A stretch of DNA of 64,000 nucleotides from Felis catus (taxonomy: Eukaryota), in contig NC_058368.1 of NCBI RefSeq assembly GCF_018350175.1, positions 17,796,001 to 17,860,000 on the forward strand, in the 5' to 3' direction. The notes beneath the pieces were generated by a model. That model was not told the DNA's origin. It made no database searches and worked only from the letters and a program-made list of their open reading frames with translations. Both the position numbers and the translations under genes were made by a program. Below are positions 13,390 through 25,180 of the stretch, piece after piece (the stretch's first letter is position 1; each line of letters opens with the position of its first letter).

Positions 13390-14400
13390 AAAAAAGAAAG
13401 ACCATTAAGAGAATAAAAAGATAAACCATAAACAGGGAGAAAATATTTGCATATCATACACTGATAAAGGACTTGTGTCCAAATATATAAAGAATTCTCA
13501 AAACTCAATAATAAGAAAACCAAAACATAGATAAATAAACAATCCATTAACAAAACTGGAGGGAAGATTTGAACAGGCACTTCACCAGACACAATCGATG
13601 GACAGAAAATAAGCAGACGATAAGATGTTTCACATCACTGGGCCTTAGAGGAATGCAAGTCAAAACCACAGTGAGATGCCACCACACAGCTACTAGAATG
13701 GCTAAAATTGAAAAGACAGACCCTAAAAGGTACGGGTGTGGATGGAGGGGCACTGAAACTCTCACACACTGCTACTGGAAAAGTAAAACAGTAAAGCCCC
13801 TCTGGAAAAAGTTTGGTAGTTACTTAAAAAGTTAGACAGATGCCTATCATATGATCCAGCCGTTCTACTCTTAGAGATATTTTCCCCAAAGCAAAGTAAA
13901 TATATGTCCATACTCAGACTTGTATGCAAATATCTATAGCAGCTTTTTTTTGTAATAGTAAAAAAAAAAAAAAATGGAAGCAACACAAATGTTGTCAACG
14001 GGTGAATGGGTAAGCAAATTGTGATATATTCATACAATGGACTATTACTCTACAATAAGAAGGAATGAATTGCTGACATAGGCTAAAACATGGATGAATC
14101 TCAAAATGACTACACTGAGTGAAAGAAGCCAGGCAAACAGTGCATTCTCTATGACTCCATTTATATAAAACTCTAGAGAACACAAAATAACCTGTAGTGA
14201 CAGAAAGCCAATCAGGGGTCACCTATGGGAGGGGAAGTGCACAGGAAAACTTGGGAGGAGTGATAGATATGTTCGTATATCTTGACTGTGGCCATGGCTT
14301 CATGGGTTTGTACATGCCTAAGTTTATTAGATGGTACAAGTTAAATCTGTGCAGTTTATTGTAGGTCACTTGTGCCTGGTAAACCTATTTGAAACAATGA
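13390..14400 (+). mobile_element. Old L1: ORF2 C-terminus plus 3' UTR
   Basis: ORF 13569-13835 (REMQ/KTTMRYH-like GMQVKTTVRCHHT...TLTHCYW) is decayed ORF2 C-terminal domain; L1MB/MC-type 3' UTR follows. Confidence 0.88.
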
Positions 14401-14467
14401 AAGGGTACAAAATAAAACTTTAGTAGTAAAAAAAAAAATGCTAAGATGCTTCCCTCTATTCTATTAC

Positions 14468-14556
14468 TTTTTTTTAAATTTATTTATTTCTTTTGAGAGA
14501 GAGAGAAAGAGAGTGACAGGGAATCCCAAGCAGGCTCCACACTGTCAGTGCAGAGC
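14468..14556 (-). mobile_element. Can-SINE 3' half only
   Basis: Tail, AG tract and gaatcccaagcaggctccacactgtcagtgcagagc; head missing, no TSD seen. Confidence 0.88.
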
Positions 14557-14559
14557 ATA

Positions 14560-17060
14560 TGAATATCATTGTGTATGAACATCCAATTGTTCCAGCCCAG
14601 TTTATTGAAAAAACTATATTCTCCACTGAATGCTTTTGCAGCTTTGTCAAAAATCAGTTGTCCATGTATGTGTTTATTGCTAATACATATAAATACAATT
14701 ATGTTTTGTACCAATGCTCTTATATCCAGCAACTTTTCTAAATTAATGTTTTTAGTTCCAGAAGTTTTGTGGGGAATTCCTTCAGATATTCGACATGGAC
14801 GTCTATGATACCTGAGAATAAAACTATTTTCTTCCTTCCTTTCTAATCCGGATGATTCGTATTTCTTTTTCTTACTTGATTGCAGTGGCTAGAACCTCCA
14901 GTTCAGTGTTGAATAAAAGAGGAAGAAAACATCTGTGCCTTGTTTTTGACATTCAGGGAAGGCATTGTCTTTCACTATTAAGAATGATGTTAACTATAGG
15001 TTTCCTGTAGATGACCTTTATTCGGCTATGGAAGTTCCATTCTATTTCTAGTCTACTGAGAGTGTTTACCAGGTATGGATATGGGATTTGTCACATGCCT
15101 TTACTGCTTCTATTGAAATGATCATATGCTTTAATTTTTTTTTTTTAAATTTTTTTTTCAACGTTTATTTATTTTTGGGACAGAGAGAGACAGAGCATGA
15201 ACAGGGGAGGGGCAGAGAGAGAGGGAGACACAGAATCAGAAACAGGCTCCAGGCTCTGAGCCATCAGCCCAGAGCCCGACGCGGGGCTCGAACTCACAGA
15301 CCGCGAGATCGTGACCTGAGCTGAAGTCGGACGCTTAACCGACTGTGCCACCCAGGCGCCCCGCTTTAATTTTTTAAAGCTTTAAAAATATAGAAATTTA
15401 CACTGGTTGATTTTTGAGTGTTAACCAGCCCTGCCTTGCTAGGACAAATTCCACTTGGTCCTGATATACTATACTTTTTACATATTGTTGGATAGAGTTT
15501 GCTGAAATTTTTAAAGACCTTTGACACTTATGTTCATGAGTGATAGTGAACTCTATTCTTTTCCTGTAATATCTTCGTTAGGACTTACAGACAATGCTGG
15601 TCTTACAGGATGAGTTGAGAAGTATTCTATCCTATTCAATTTTCCGAAAGATATTTATAAAATTAACATTATTTTTTCCTAAATGTTTGGTAGAATTCAT
15701 CAGTGATATCAACTGGGCCTAGAGTTGTCTTACAGGGAATATATTTAACTATAAGTTCATTTAAAAAATAGATACAGGAATATTCATATGTTCTATTTCT
15801 CCTTTGGTTGTTTGTATTTTTCAAGGAGTTTTCCATTTCATCAAAGTTGTCAAATTTATTGGCATGTAGTAGTTCATAACATTCCCTCTTTATTCTCTTA
15901 ATACCTATAAAATCTTTAGTGATATCACCTTTCTCATTCCTGATATTTGTAATTAGTGTCTTCTCTCCTTTTTTCCTTGATCAGTTGGGCTAGCGTTTTA
16001 TTAATTTTATCTACATTCTTAAAGAACAAGCTTTTGGTTTCAGCAATTTTCTCTATTGTTTTGTCTGTTTTGTATTTCATTGATTTCCACTCTGGTATTT
16101 ATGACTCTCATTCTTCACTTTGGATTTCATTTACTCTCTTTTTATGGTTTTTGAAGTGAAAATGGAAGTCACTGGTTTGAAGCATTTCTATTCTAATAGA
16201 GTAATACACTATTAGGGTAAATGTCCCTCTAAATATTGCACTAACAGCGTACTACAAATTTTGATGTATTTGTTCTTATTTTCATTCAGCTCAAAATACC
16301 TTCCAGTTTACCTTTTTATTTCTTAATGGGTGGGTTACTAAGAAATGTCTTTTTGTATTCCAAATAACTGTTAGTTTTCAGATATCTTTATTATTTCTAA
16401 GTTAATTCCATTGTGTTTAAAAAACATATATTATAAAACATAAATCTGTTTTAACTTATCAAAACTTGTTTCACAGTCTGGAATATGGTGTACTTTGGTA
16501 AATGTTCCTTTTGCATTGAAAAAAAATGTATTCTTTGTGTAGTAGCTGGGTAGATTATTCTAAAAATGTCAGTTAGGGCAAATTGATTGACAATGTTGTT
16601 CAAGTCTTCCAAATTCTTAATAGTTTTCTCTCTAATTGTTCTATCAATTATGAAGAAGAAGGTATTGAAATCTCTCACCTGTAATTGTGAACTTATCTAT
16701 TTCTCCTTGCAGTTCTATCATTTTTTGCCTCATGTATTTGAAGTTCTATTATTAGGTGCATAAATATTCCAGACTGTTGTTAGGTCATCCTGAACACCCC
16801 CTCTATCATTAGAAAATGATCTTCTTGTTCCCTAATAACATTTTTTGCTCTGAAATCAACTTATATACTAATATAGCCACTCCAGCTTTTTTGATTAGTG
16901 TTAAGATGGCACGCGTTTTTAACCTACTTGTGTCTTTATATTTAAAGTACATTTCTTGTAGGCACCATATACCTGGGTCTTATTTTGATCCAATCTGGCA
17001 ATCTTTGCCTTGTATTTAGAGTGTTTAAACTACTTATACTCAACATGATTACTGATGTTG
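14560..17060 (-). mobile_element. Old L1 ORF2 fragment (endonuclease to post-RT region, with deletions)
   Basis: ORF 16451-16678 RDFNT...LEDLNNIVNQFALTDIFR resembles L1 endonuclease GDFNT...LDLTDIYR; ORF 14484-14732 QLIFDK...SFFNKLGWNNW resembles QLIFDK...SLFNKWCWENW. Confidence 0.9.
15141..15362 (-). mobile_element. Young Can-SINE inside L1
   Basis: CpG-rich; TSD gctttaatttttt (15128-15140, 15363-15375). Confidence 0.96.
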
Positions 17061-17372
17061 ATTTTGCTCTTGCCATTTAAGACAAAACTCCTTAAAAGAA
17101 TAGTATAGAGTTGCTGTCTCCAAATGCTCTTCTTCCATTCTCGTTCGAACGCTCTTCAGTCTGGCTCTCATTCCTACCACACCACTGAAACAACTCTTTG
17201 TCAAGGTTAACATCTTCCTCTGTCTTGTTAAACCCGAGGGTCAGTTCTCTGTCCTCATTATACTTGATCTCTCTGTAACATTTGACATCACTGTCTCCTT
17301 GAAGTATGTTTCTTTATGTGAATATCCAGGGTTCAGTTCTTGGATGTCTTCTTCAGCTGCACTCATTTCTTT

Positions 17373-17595
17373 TTTTTTTTTAATTTTTTTTTAATGTTTA
17401 TTTATTTTTGAGACAGAGAGAGACAGAGTATGAACGGGGGAGGGTCAGAGAGAGAGGGAGACCCAGAATCTGAAACAGGCTCCAGGCTCTGAACTGTCAG
17501 CACAGACCCCGATGCGGGGCTTGAACTCACGGACCGTGAGATCATGACCTGAGCCGAAGTCGGACGCTTAACCGACTGAGCCACCCAGGTGCCCC
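17373..17595 (-). mobile_element. Can-SINE
   Basis: TSD tgca(c/t)tcatttcttt. Confidence 0.96.
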
Positions 17596-17647
17596 TGCAT
17601 TCATTTCTTTAGTGATCTCATCCTTCCCATCAAGCTAAATACTATCT

Positions 17648-18062
17648 GCAGTGGGCACTGGGTGTACCTCACAGTTCCCCTCTCTTTAAGACTGCAGCAC
17701 TCCTCTCCCCTGTTGCTGGGAGTAATGATGGTGGATATCTCAAAGCTTATTCCCCATATCTACCAAGGGATTGTCCTTATCCAAGAGAGCTGACTCGCTC
17801 AGGGCATCTAATGGCTGGTTTACGTAGGGGATATGAATTATGGCAACTCTTCAGGGCCATTCCAAGTCTAGAGCTTTCCCTAAAACCAGTGATCTTATTA
17901 TTATTTCCTTAAGATGTGTGATCCTATCACCACCTAACTGTTCCCCCTGCACAATCAGGCTTCCTTTGCTCCTCACGGTTACTGATTTCAAGACCAGTCA
18001 ACAAACTTCTGGTTCAAATCTTCTTCTCAGTGTCTGCTTCCTGGGAAATTTGACCGGCAACA
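17648..18062 (+). mobile_element. ERVL LTR16-like solo LTR
   Basis: Begins tg; ends ctcagtgtctgcttcctgggaaatttgaccggcaaca, similar to LTR16 terminus; splits the L2. Confidence 0.55.
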
Positions 18063-19263
18063 TCATCCAAATGCTGACACCTACAAACTTATGTTTCCAG
18101 CATGTATCTTTCATCTGAACCCATGAGTGAAGTAGCGATCTTTGTTCTCAACTTTGCAGTTTTTCTTATCACTTTGGTGTTTAATGGAAATCTCAAACTT
18201 AATATCTAAAACTAAATAATTGGTCTAAACCACTTTCTTCATTCAAGTCCAAAACTATCCCACACATAGTCTTCCCCATCTAAGTCGATGGTAACTCCAA
18301 CCTCCCAGTCACTTACTACGTAAGCCAAAGACCCTAAAGAATATTTTGGTGTTTATTTATTTATTTTTCATACTATCACACAGAATTTGTCAGCAAACCT
18401 GTTGGCTCTATTTTCAAAATCTTTAACCATTTCTCACTCTTTCCAAGCTATCACTATGGCTCAAGCCACTATTATCTCTCACTTAACTTAAATGCAATGC
18501 CTCCTAACTTGTCTCCTTGTGTGTGTCCTTGTCTTCTAAGGTCTAATTTTAACCTGGAAGCAAAAGTAATTCTATTAAAACATAAGACGTATCACTTTAC
18601 TCTTCACTCAAACTTTCTAATGACTTTACCCTTCATCTATCCCCTCCCACTCCACCCCCTACTTCCAACCTCACATCCTACACTTGCTGTTCTCTTGCTG
18701 TTTCTCCTTAGGGCCTTCACACTGGCTAGTTCCTTTGCCTAAACTGTTCTCCTCCCAGATATCTCCAGGGTTTACTCTCTTGCCCACATCAAGTCTTCCC
18801 AAAATTCAACTCTCCATTAGCATGGCGATCCAGCTCGACCCCTGGTACTTTGTTTCCTTTTCTGGTTTTATTATTTTTCCCCTCTTTCACACCCCATTCC
18901 TGGAATTTAAACCCCATGATTTCAGGGATTTTTACGAGTTTTACTTAATATTTTTGCAAGGTCTTGATTATAGCCTGGCACATGACAGGCAGTGAATGAT
19001 AAGGTTGCTAAATCAAGCAATTAATCAGTCAACCCACCAATCAAGTGATATTGACTGAATATGTTTTTGTTTTACCCTAATATCCATGGCTGAAACGTAG
19101 AAATGTAGAACACATATCCCGTTAATAAACCGATATGTACCCAAAAGAAAGTAAACTCTTTCAATTTATCCTCCCATGAGGCAAAGGAACACACTTGCAA
19201 AAATCCATTCAAGCTATCTTGTGAGTAAGAGCTTGCCTTCTGATGGTAAGATAAGCAGATATA

Positions 19264-19480
19264 GGGGCGCCTGGGTGGCTCAGTCGGTTAAGTGTCCGAC
19301 TTCAGCTCAGGTCACGATCTCGCGGTCCGCGAGTTCAAGCCCCGCATCGGGCTCTGGGGTGATGGCTCAGAGCCTGGAGCCTGCTTCCGATTCTTTGTCT
19401 CCCTCTCTCTCTGCCCCTCCCCCGTTCATGCTGTGTCTCTCTCTGTCTCAAAAATAAACGTTAAAAAAAATTAAAAAAAA
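19264..19480 (+). mobile_element. Young Can-SINE
   Basis: CpG-rich; 15-bp TSD aagataagcagatat (19248-19262, 19481-19495). Confidence 0.96.
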
Positions 19481-21330
19481 AAGATAAGCAGATATGATTT
19501 CTAGTTTGTAACGCTTACACTGTTGTTTTTCCACTGATTGGAGTTTTCCTCATCTGTAGCATTAAGGAATTGGCCATCTAAGCTCTCTTACTTTTAAATT
19601 AGTATAATGTTATAATAATTATGTATCAGAAACAACTAATTTGGTGAGTAGTCTTTTTCCCTTCAAATGGCAACTTTCACTATGAAGTACATTGAACTCT
19701 AGCTGACAAGATTGACAATACACTGAAAAATAAAACAAAAGAAACCCTAACAAAACTAAGCACGGGAAGTAACTGGAATTTCTTGTAGTTAAGCATTTTA
19801 TAACTTTATATAATACACGTGCATACACAATTCTCTCCTTAATGTACTTTATATAGAGTAGAGAGTGTATAATTTCCATAGACCTTTAATGATCCATCTT
19901 GTTGAAGAGTGCTTAATAAATATCCAAAAGCAGCAATTAGGCCAGTGGAGACTCCTGACAAGGTTACAGACATCTGGCCATGTACATCTGTTCAAAAGTC
20001 AGTGGTCTGTATGAAGACCCTAGAGAAAGAATTAGTGTCAATCTGATATTCAGTGATAAACGATTATTACCAAAAATCCAATATGGCACCGGAGATCATA
20101 ACAAAACTGGCAAGTTAAGTGCAAACTGAGTGACCTCGGATTTTATGAAAATTTGAAGCCCTTGATTGCTGCTAAAAGCTGTCATGTTGGCAAGAACATT
20201 CTCATTCAGCCCGAAAGTGTAGGAATTCCTGTCTGTCTCACTCTGGCCCTATAATCCAGCTCCCACAGCCACAGAAACTTCACATAATCCAGCAGCCACC
20301 ATGGGCCTCCTTATGTCTAAACCTTGTTCCTTCTACTGCTTCCAACACACTGATTTCTGCCCCCTGTGTCCCTGCTTCTCTGGTCCTATTTCCTACAGTC
20401 TTTTGGTTCTGGTGACTCTTATCAGTGCTCATACCGGGCTCTTTGATTCCCATGGCTTATCCTACCGTCTGCCGCCACTCCTACCAATGGATTCGCTGAT
20501 TTGCACTGAGAGTCAGCTATGGGCCCAGTGAAGAGACCTCTCAGCATCTTTGTGAGAAAATTCATTATTATTGACATTTTAGAGACAAAAGATCTGAGCA
20601 GTTACAAGCCACAGAGCTAATAAACATACGAGGAAGGCACCATGTTTTCTGCTCCGACACACGGTTTCTCTACAAAGCATTTACAGCATGAGTGAGTCCA
20701 ATGTCCTATTTCCCCTTTGCATATTATTTGATGCAAATATTTCAATCATTTTGGTGCCAAGTTACATTTTTTTCTAAGCATGGAAACAGGATACCATTAT
20801 AGAACGGCCCTATAAAAATAAAGTACACAATTATGTTACTGATGCATTATGTAAATTTCTAAAGGGCAATTTGGTAACGTGGCTCAAAAGTCCTGAAAAG
20901 TACTGATTTGTTTCAGCGCAGCAATTCCACTTCTAGAAACACATCCCAAGAAAATCTTCTCTGCAGTTTTAGAAATAACTGGTATGCCCCCAAAGCAGGA
21001 GATTGATGGAATTAATTGTGAAATTTCAGCCTATTGCCATGGTTTTCAGAGTGTGGTCTGTGGACCACTGACAGGGATTCATGAGGTCAGATCTTTCATA
21101 GTAACAGTAAAGGGTTATGAGCCTTTTTCACCGTGTGCTGACATTTGCACTGACGGTGTGAAAACATCTGTGGCTAAAATTGCAGGCCTCTTAGCCCAAG
21201 TCAAGGTAGCCGCACCAGAATGTATGGTAGCCGCACCAACGTATATTATATTGCGTGTGCACAAGTAGTCTTTGTCCCTACGCACCTGCAATGAAAAATG
21301 CCAGTGTCACTTCAAAAGATCTTTGATGAA

Positions 21331-21550
21331 GGGGTGCTTGGGTGGCTCAGTTGGTTAAGCATCCTACTTCGTCTCAGGTCATGATCTCAAGGTTCGTGAG
21401 TTCGAGCCCCGTGTCGGGCTCTGTGCTTGACAGCTCAGAGCCTGGAGCCTGCTTCTGAGTCTGTGTCTCCTTCTCTCTCTGTCCCTCCCCCAACCTGTCC
21501 TCCATCTCTCTCTCTCTCTCAAAAATGAATTAAACATTAAAAAAATAATT
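21331..21550 (+). mobile_element. Can-SINE inside Charlie1
   Basis: TSD atctttgatgaa (21319-21330, 21551-21562). Confidence 0.95.
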
Positions 21551-21799
21551 ATCTTTGATGAAGAATTAAAGTGTATTGATTTCATTACATTATCAACCCT
21601 TGCGTACTTGTCTTTTTAACACTCTGTGTGACAAAATGGGAGGGTGCACACAAGTATGATGGTTGTCTTGAGGTAAAACACTTGTGAATTTTATTATCTT
21701 GAGATTCAAGTTGAACTAGCTTCATTTTTCATGAAACTTCATTTTTAATTGAAAAAACAAAAGACAAAGTATTGTTCTGACTTGATATTTGGCAGATGT

Positions 21800-21987
21800 T
21801 TCCTTCCTTCCTTCCTTCCTTCCTTCCTTCCTTCCTTCCTTCCTTCCTTCCTTCCTTCCTTCCTTCCTTCCTTCCTTCCTTCCTTCCTTCCTTCCTTCCT
21901 TCCTTCCTTCCTTCCTTCCTTCCTTCCTTCCTTCCTTCCTTCCTTCCTTCCTTCCTTCCTTCCTTCCTTCCTTCCTTCCTTCCTTCC
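21800..21987. repeat. Pure (TTCC)47 / (GGAA)47 microsatellite
   Basis: Direct read, uninterrupted 188 bp. Confidence 0.97.
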
Positions 21988-22165
21988 TGTTTATTTATTT
22001 ACTTTGAGAGAGAGAGAAAGAGAGAGGCAGAGACAGAATCCCAAGCAGGCTCCACACTGTTAGGAAGAGCCCAATGGAGGGCCTTGAACTCACCAACCCT
22101 GAGATCATGACCTGAGCTGAAATCAAGAGTCAGATGCTTAACTGACTGAGCCACACAGGCGCCCC
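21988..22165 (-). mobile_element. Can-SINE whose tail continues as (GGAA)n
   Basis: TSD tggca(g/c)atgttt encloses both SINE and microsatellite. Confidence 0.93.
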
Positions 22166-23593
22166 TGGCACATGTTTTCTCTACAATAAGGAAAGTGAAC
22201 TCAGTGCTGACAGTGTCTTTTGCCAATGATAAAATTTGAGATTTCAAGTACAAATAAGAGTTTTGGGAAATTTGTTTTTGTCATAGTATGCCTGACATCT
22301 CAATACTGAAAGACCTTTCTTATGAAGCTACTAGTGATATAAATAAATACAACTGTTTATATATCCTAAATTAAAATGTACCAATATCTGGAAGATCTAC
22401 ATAACTCAGTAAATCAATTTCCCAAATGAATAAGATATAGTGTTACAAAATTACGCATGGGTAAAGGCTTCATTCAAAATTCAAAACATCCTCATGAGAG
22501 GATGAATTTTAATGTAATCATATGAAGAGTTCATGAATTCCACATTTCAACCAACTTTCAAGAAATCACCTCTTGCCAAGTTTTGACGTAGCTTCAAAGG
22601 AGAATATCCATAATTATCTGACAATGGTATTAAATACTGTTCCCTTTTACAGCTACGTATCTATACGAGCAGGGATTTTCTTCGTGTATTCAATCAAAAC
22701 AATACATTGCAACAGACTATGGGCACAAACGTGAGAATTCATCTGTCTTAAACCAAATATTAAAGAAATTTACAAAGCTGTGAAACAATGCCAATCATTA
22801 CTTTCTGTTTGTTTGTTTGTTTGTTTCCAGGAAAATGTATTTATATTAGCAGGTACTGGGTTTAATATTATTTTAAGTAAATTAATAAATAAACAGTTAA
22901 GTAAATAGATAGGTAGACGATAAATAGCTATTTTAAACCTTTCTCAGTTTCAATTTCTACTAAGGTAAATATCAACAGCTATAACTGAAACCAGGATAGG
23001 TGGAAGTCTTCAATAATTTGAAGAATATAAGGGGATCCTAACACCAAATCATTTGAAAGCCAGTGACGTAAGAGAATTTTATGTAGCCACTGAATATTGC
23101 AGAAGATTATGTCCAGAAAGATCCCCAAATAAAATACAACACGCATCAAAAAAATGACTGAAGGGAGATGCACTTCAATGTCAATAGTAGCTGTAAAGTG
23201 TAAGATTGGAATTTTAATGTCTTTTTGTTTTGAATGTTCTGTTAAAATTTTTAGAAAATGAGTACAGGTTGCTTATATAAAAAGCTAACAAACTGTTAAC
23301 AAATGAATAACTAAATAAATGAATAGCTGAGTCATCCATAATAGCTTTAGTTAGGAAGAAGACTTTTCTTTCCTCATGGTCCCTCTTCATTTTTATTCAA
23401 TCGTCTCCTTTCTTTCTAACCATCAACTCCTCATATGCTACATTTCTTCTCCATAGCCCCTGCCCTCTGGTTGCTGGTTGAGGATTCCTAACTCCTGCGG
23501 CCCCACCAATATTTTATCTTATAAAGCTACCTTTCCTCTCACCTGAAGATTACCAACAAATACTGAAGTCACTGTATCCTTTTTGGAAATAAA

Positions 23594-23812
23594 TTTTTAA
23601 AGTTTATTTATGTATTTTGAGAAAGAGAGTGTGTGTATATGCACGCAGGGATGGGAGAGGGGCAGAGAGAGAAAGGGAGAGAGAGAATCTCAAGCAGGCT
23701 CTGTGCAGTCAGCACAGATCCTGAGGCGGGGCTCATTCCCACCAACTGTGAGATCGTGACCTGAGCCGAAATCAAGAGTTGGACGCTCAACCAACTGAGC
23801 TACCCAGGTGCC
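23594..23812 (-). mobile_element. Can-SINE (older type)
   Basis: gagaatctcaagcaggctctg...caactgagctacccaggtgcc. Confidence 0.93.
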
Positions 23813-23907
23813 ACTGTCTTCTCCATTTATTTATTATAACGCCCAGTGACATTATGCTTTCTGCAATTGTACGTGCTGCACGTTACGTATCAAATTATGC
23901 TGACCAT

Positions 23908-24177
23908 GTGAGGATGTGGAGAAAGGGAACCCTCTTACACTGTTGGTGGAAATGCAAACTGGTGCAGTCACTCTAGAGAATAGCATGGCATTTCCTCAAA
24001 ATGTTAAAAATACAACTAACTTACAATCCAGCAATTGCACTACTAGGTATTTACCCAAAGAATACAAAAATGCGAATTTGAAGGGATATATGCACCCCAA
24101 TGTTTATAGCGACATTATCCATACTAGCCAAATTCTGGAAAGAGCCCAAATGTTCACAGACTCATGAACAGATAAAG

Positions 24178-24225
<48 letters not shown>

Positions 24226-24640
24226 CATGGAATAATGGAATATTACTCAGCCATAAAAAAGAATGAAATCTTGCCATTTGCAGCAATGTAGACGGAGCTA
24301 GAGAGCATTATGCTGAATGAAATAAGTCAGTCAGAGAAAGACAAATACCATATGATTTCACTCAAATGTGGAATTTAAGAAGCAAAATAAACAATCATAG
24401 GGGAAAAAAGAGAGAGAGGCAAACCAAGAAACAGACTGTTAACTATGGAGAACAGAGTGATGGTTACCAGAGGGGAGGGGGTGGGGGATGGGTTACATAG
24501 GTGATGGGGACTTAAGGGGGGCACTTGTTATGATGAGCACTGGGTGTTGTATGGAAGTGATGAATCACTAAATTGTGTATGTTACTGTATGTTACCTGTA
24601 TGTTAACTAACTGGAATTTAAATAAAGCCTTAAAAAAACC
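23908..24640 (+). mobile_element. 5'-truncated carnivore-type L1 3' end
   Basis: gaggatgtggagaaagggaaccctcttacactgttggt...ctggaatttaaataaa; decayed TSD caaattatgctgaccat/caaattatgtcgatcat; internal (TG)n 24179-24221. Confidence 0.92.
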
Positions 24641-24719
24641 CCAAATTATGTCGATCATATAATTTCTTGAGCCAGTCTGAATTTCAGCATTCCACTGCAC
24701 ACTTAAAAATAGCTGTAAA

Positions 24720-24938
24720 GGGGCGCCTGGGTGGTGCAGTCGGTTAAGCGTCCGACTTCAGCCAGGTCACAATCTCGCGGTCCGTGATTTCGAGCCCCGC
24801 GTCAGGCTCTGGGCTGACGGCTCAGAGCCTGGAGCCTGTTTCCGATTCTGTGTCTCCTTCTCTCTCTGCCCCTCCCCCATTCATGCTCTGTCTCTCTCTG
24901 TCTCAAAAATAAATAAATGTTAAAAAAAAAAATTAAAA
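24720..24938 (+). mobile_element. Young Can-SINE (cagccaggtc variant)
   Basis: Perfect 15-bp TSD aaaaatagctgtaaa; CpG-rich. Confidence 0.96.
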
Positions 24939-25034
24939 AAAAATAGCTGTAAAATATAGCTACAGCCCAAACAATGGTAAAGGGGGCAAGCAGAACAACT
25001 TACACGTTGGGCCCACATAGCCACACGATGGCCC

Positions 25035-25180
25035 AATGGTTAGGCCCCTGGAGCCCAACAGGACTGGGGTAAAATCCACAGTTTCAAATCCCTACATATG
25101 TTTTCTAACCTCTCTACACTTCCGTTTCCTCATCCAAAAAGTGAATAGCTTCACAGAGCTATTACAATATAAATTGCTAG
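25035..25180 (+). mobile_element. MIR fragment
   Basis: atggttaggcccctggagcc...aacctctct..ttccgtttcctcatc. Confidence 0.55.

Larger units (their letters stand above)
17090..19030 (+). mobile_element. L2, interrupted by SINE and LTR
   Basis: cagtctggctctc..ccaccactgaaacaactcttgtcaaggt-type L2 body; 3' end tagcctggcacat. Confidence 0.75.
21037..23065 (+). mobile_element. hAT-Charlie1-type DNA transposon fossil
   Basis: Decayed TIRs ccatggttttcagagtgtggtc / tttgaaagccagtg; transposase remnant ICTDG...AGLLAQVKVAAPEC in ORF 20984-21268. Confidence 0.85.

Noticed and set aside
20984..21268. Transposase-like ORF as a domesticated ZBED/Buster gene
   Set aside because: Short, lacks intact CxxH motif, and the element is interrupted by SINEs and stops
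21749..22110. PSFL-repeat ORFs
   Set aside because: Translation of the (TTCC)n microsatellite
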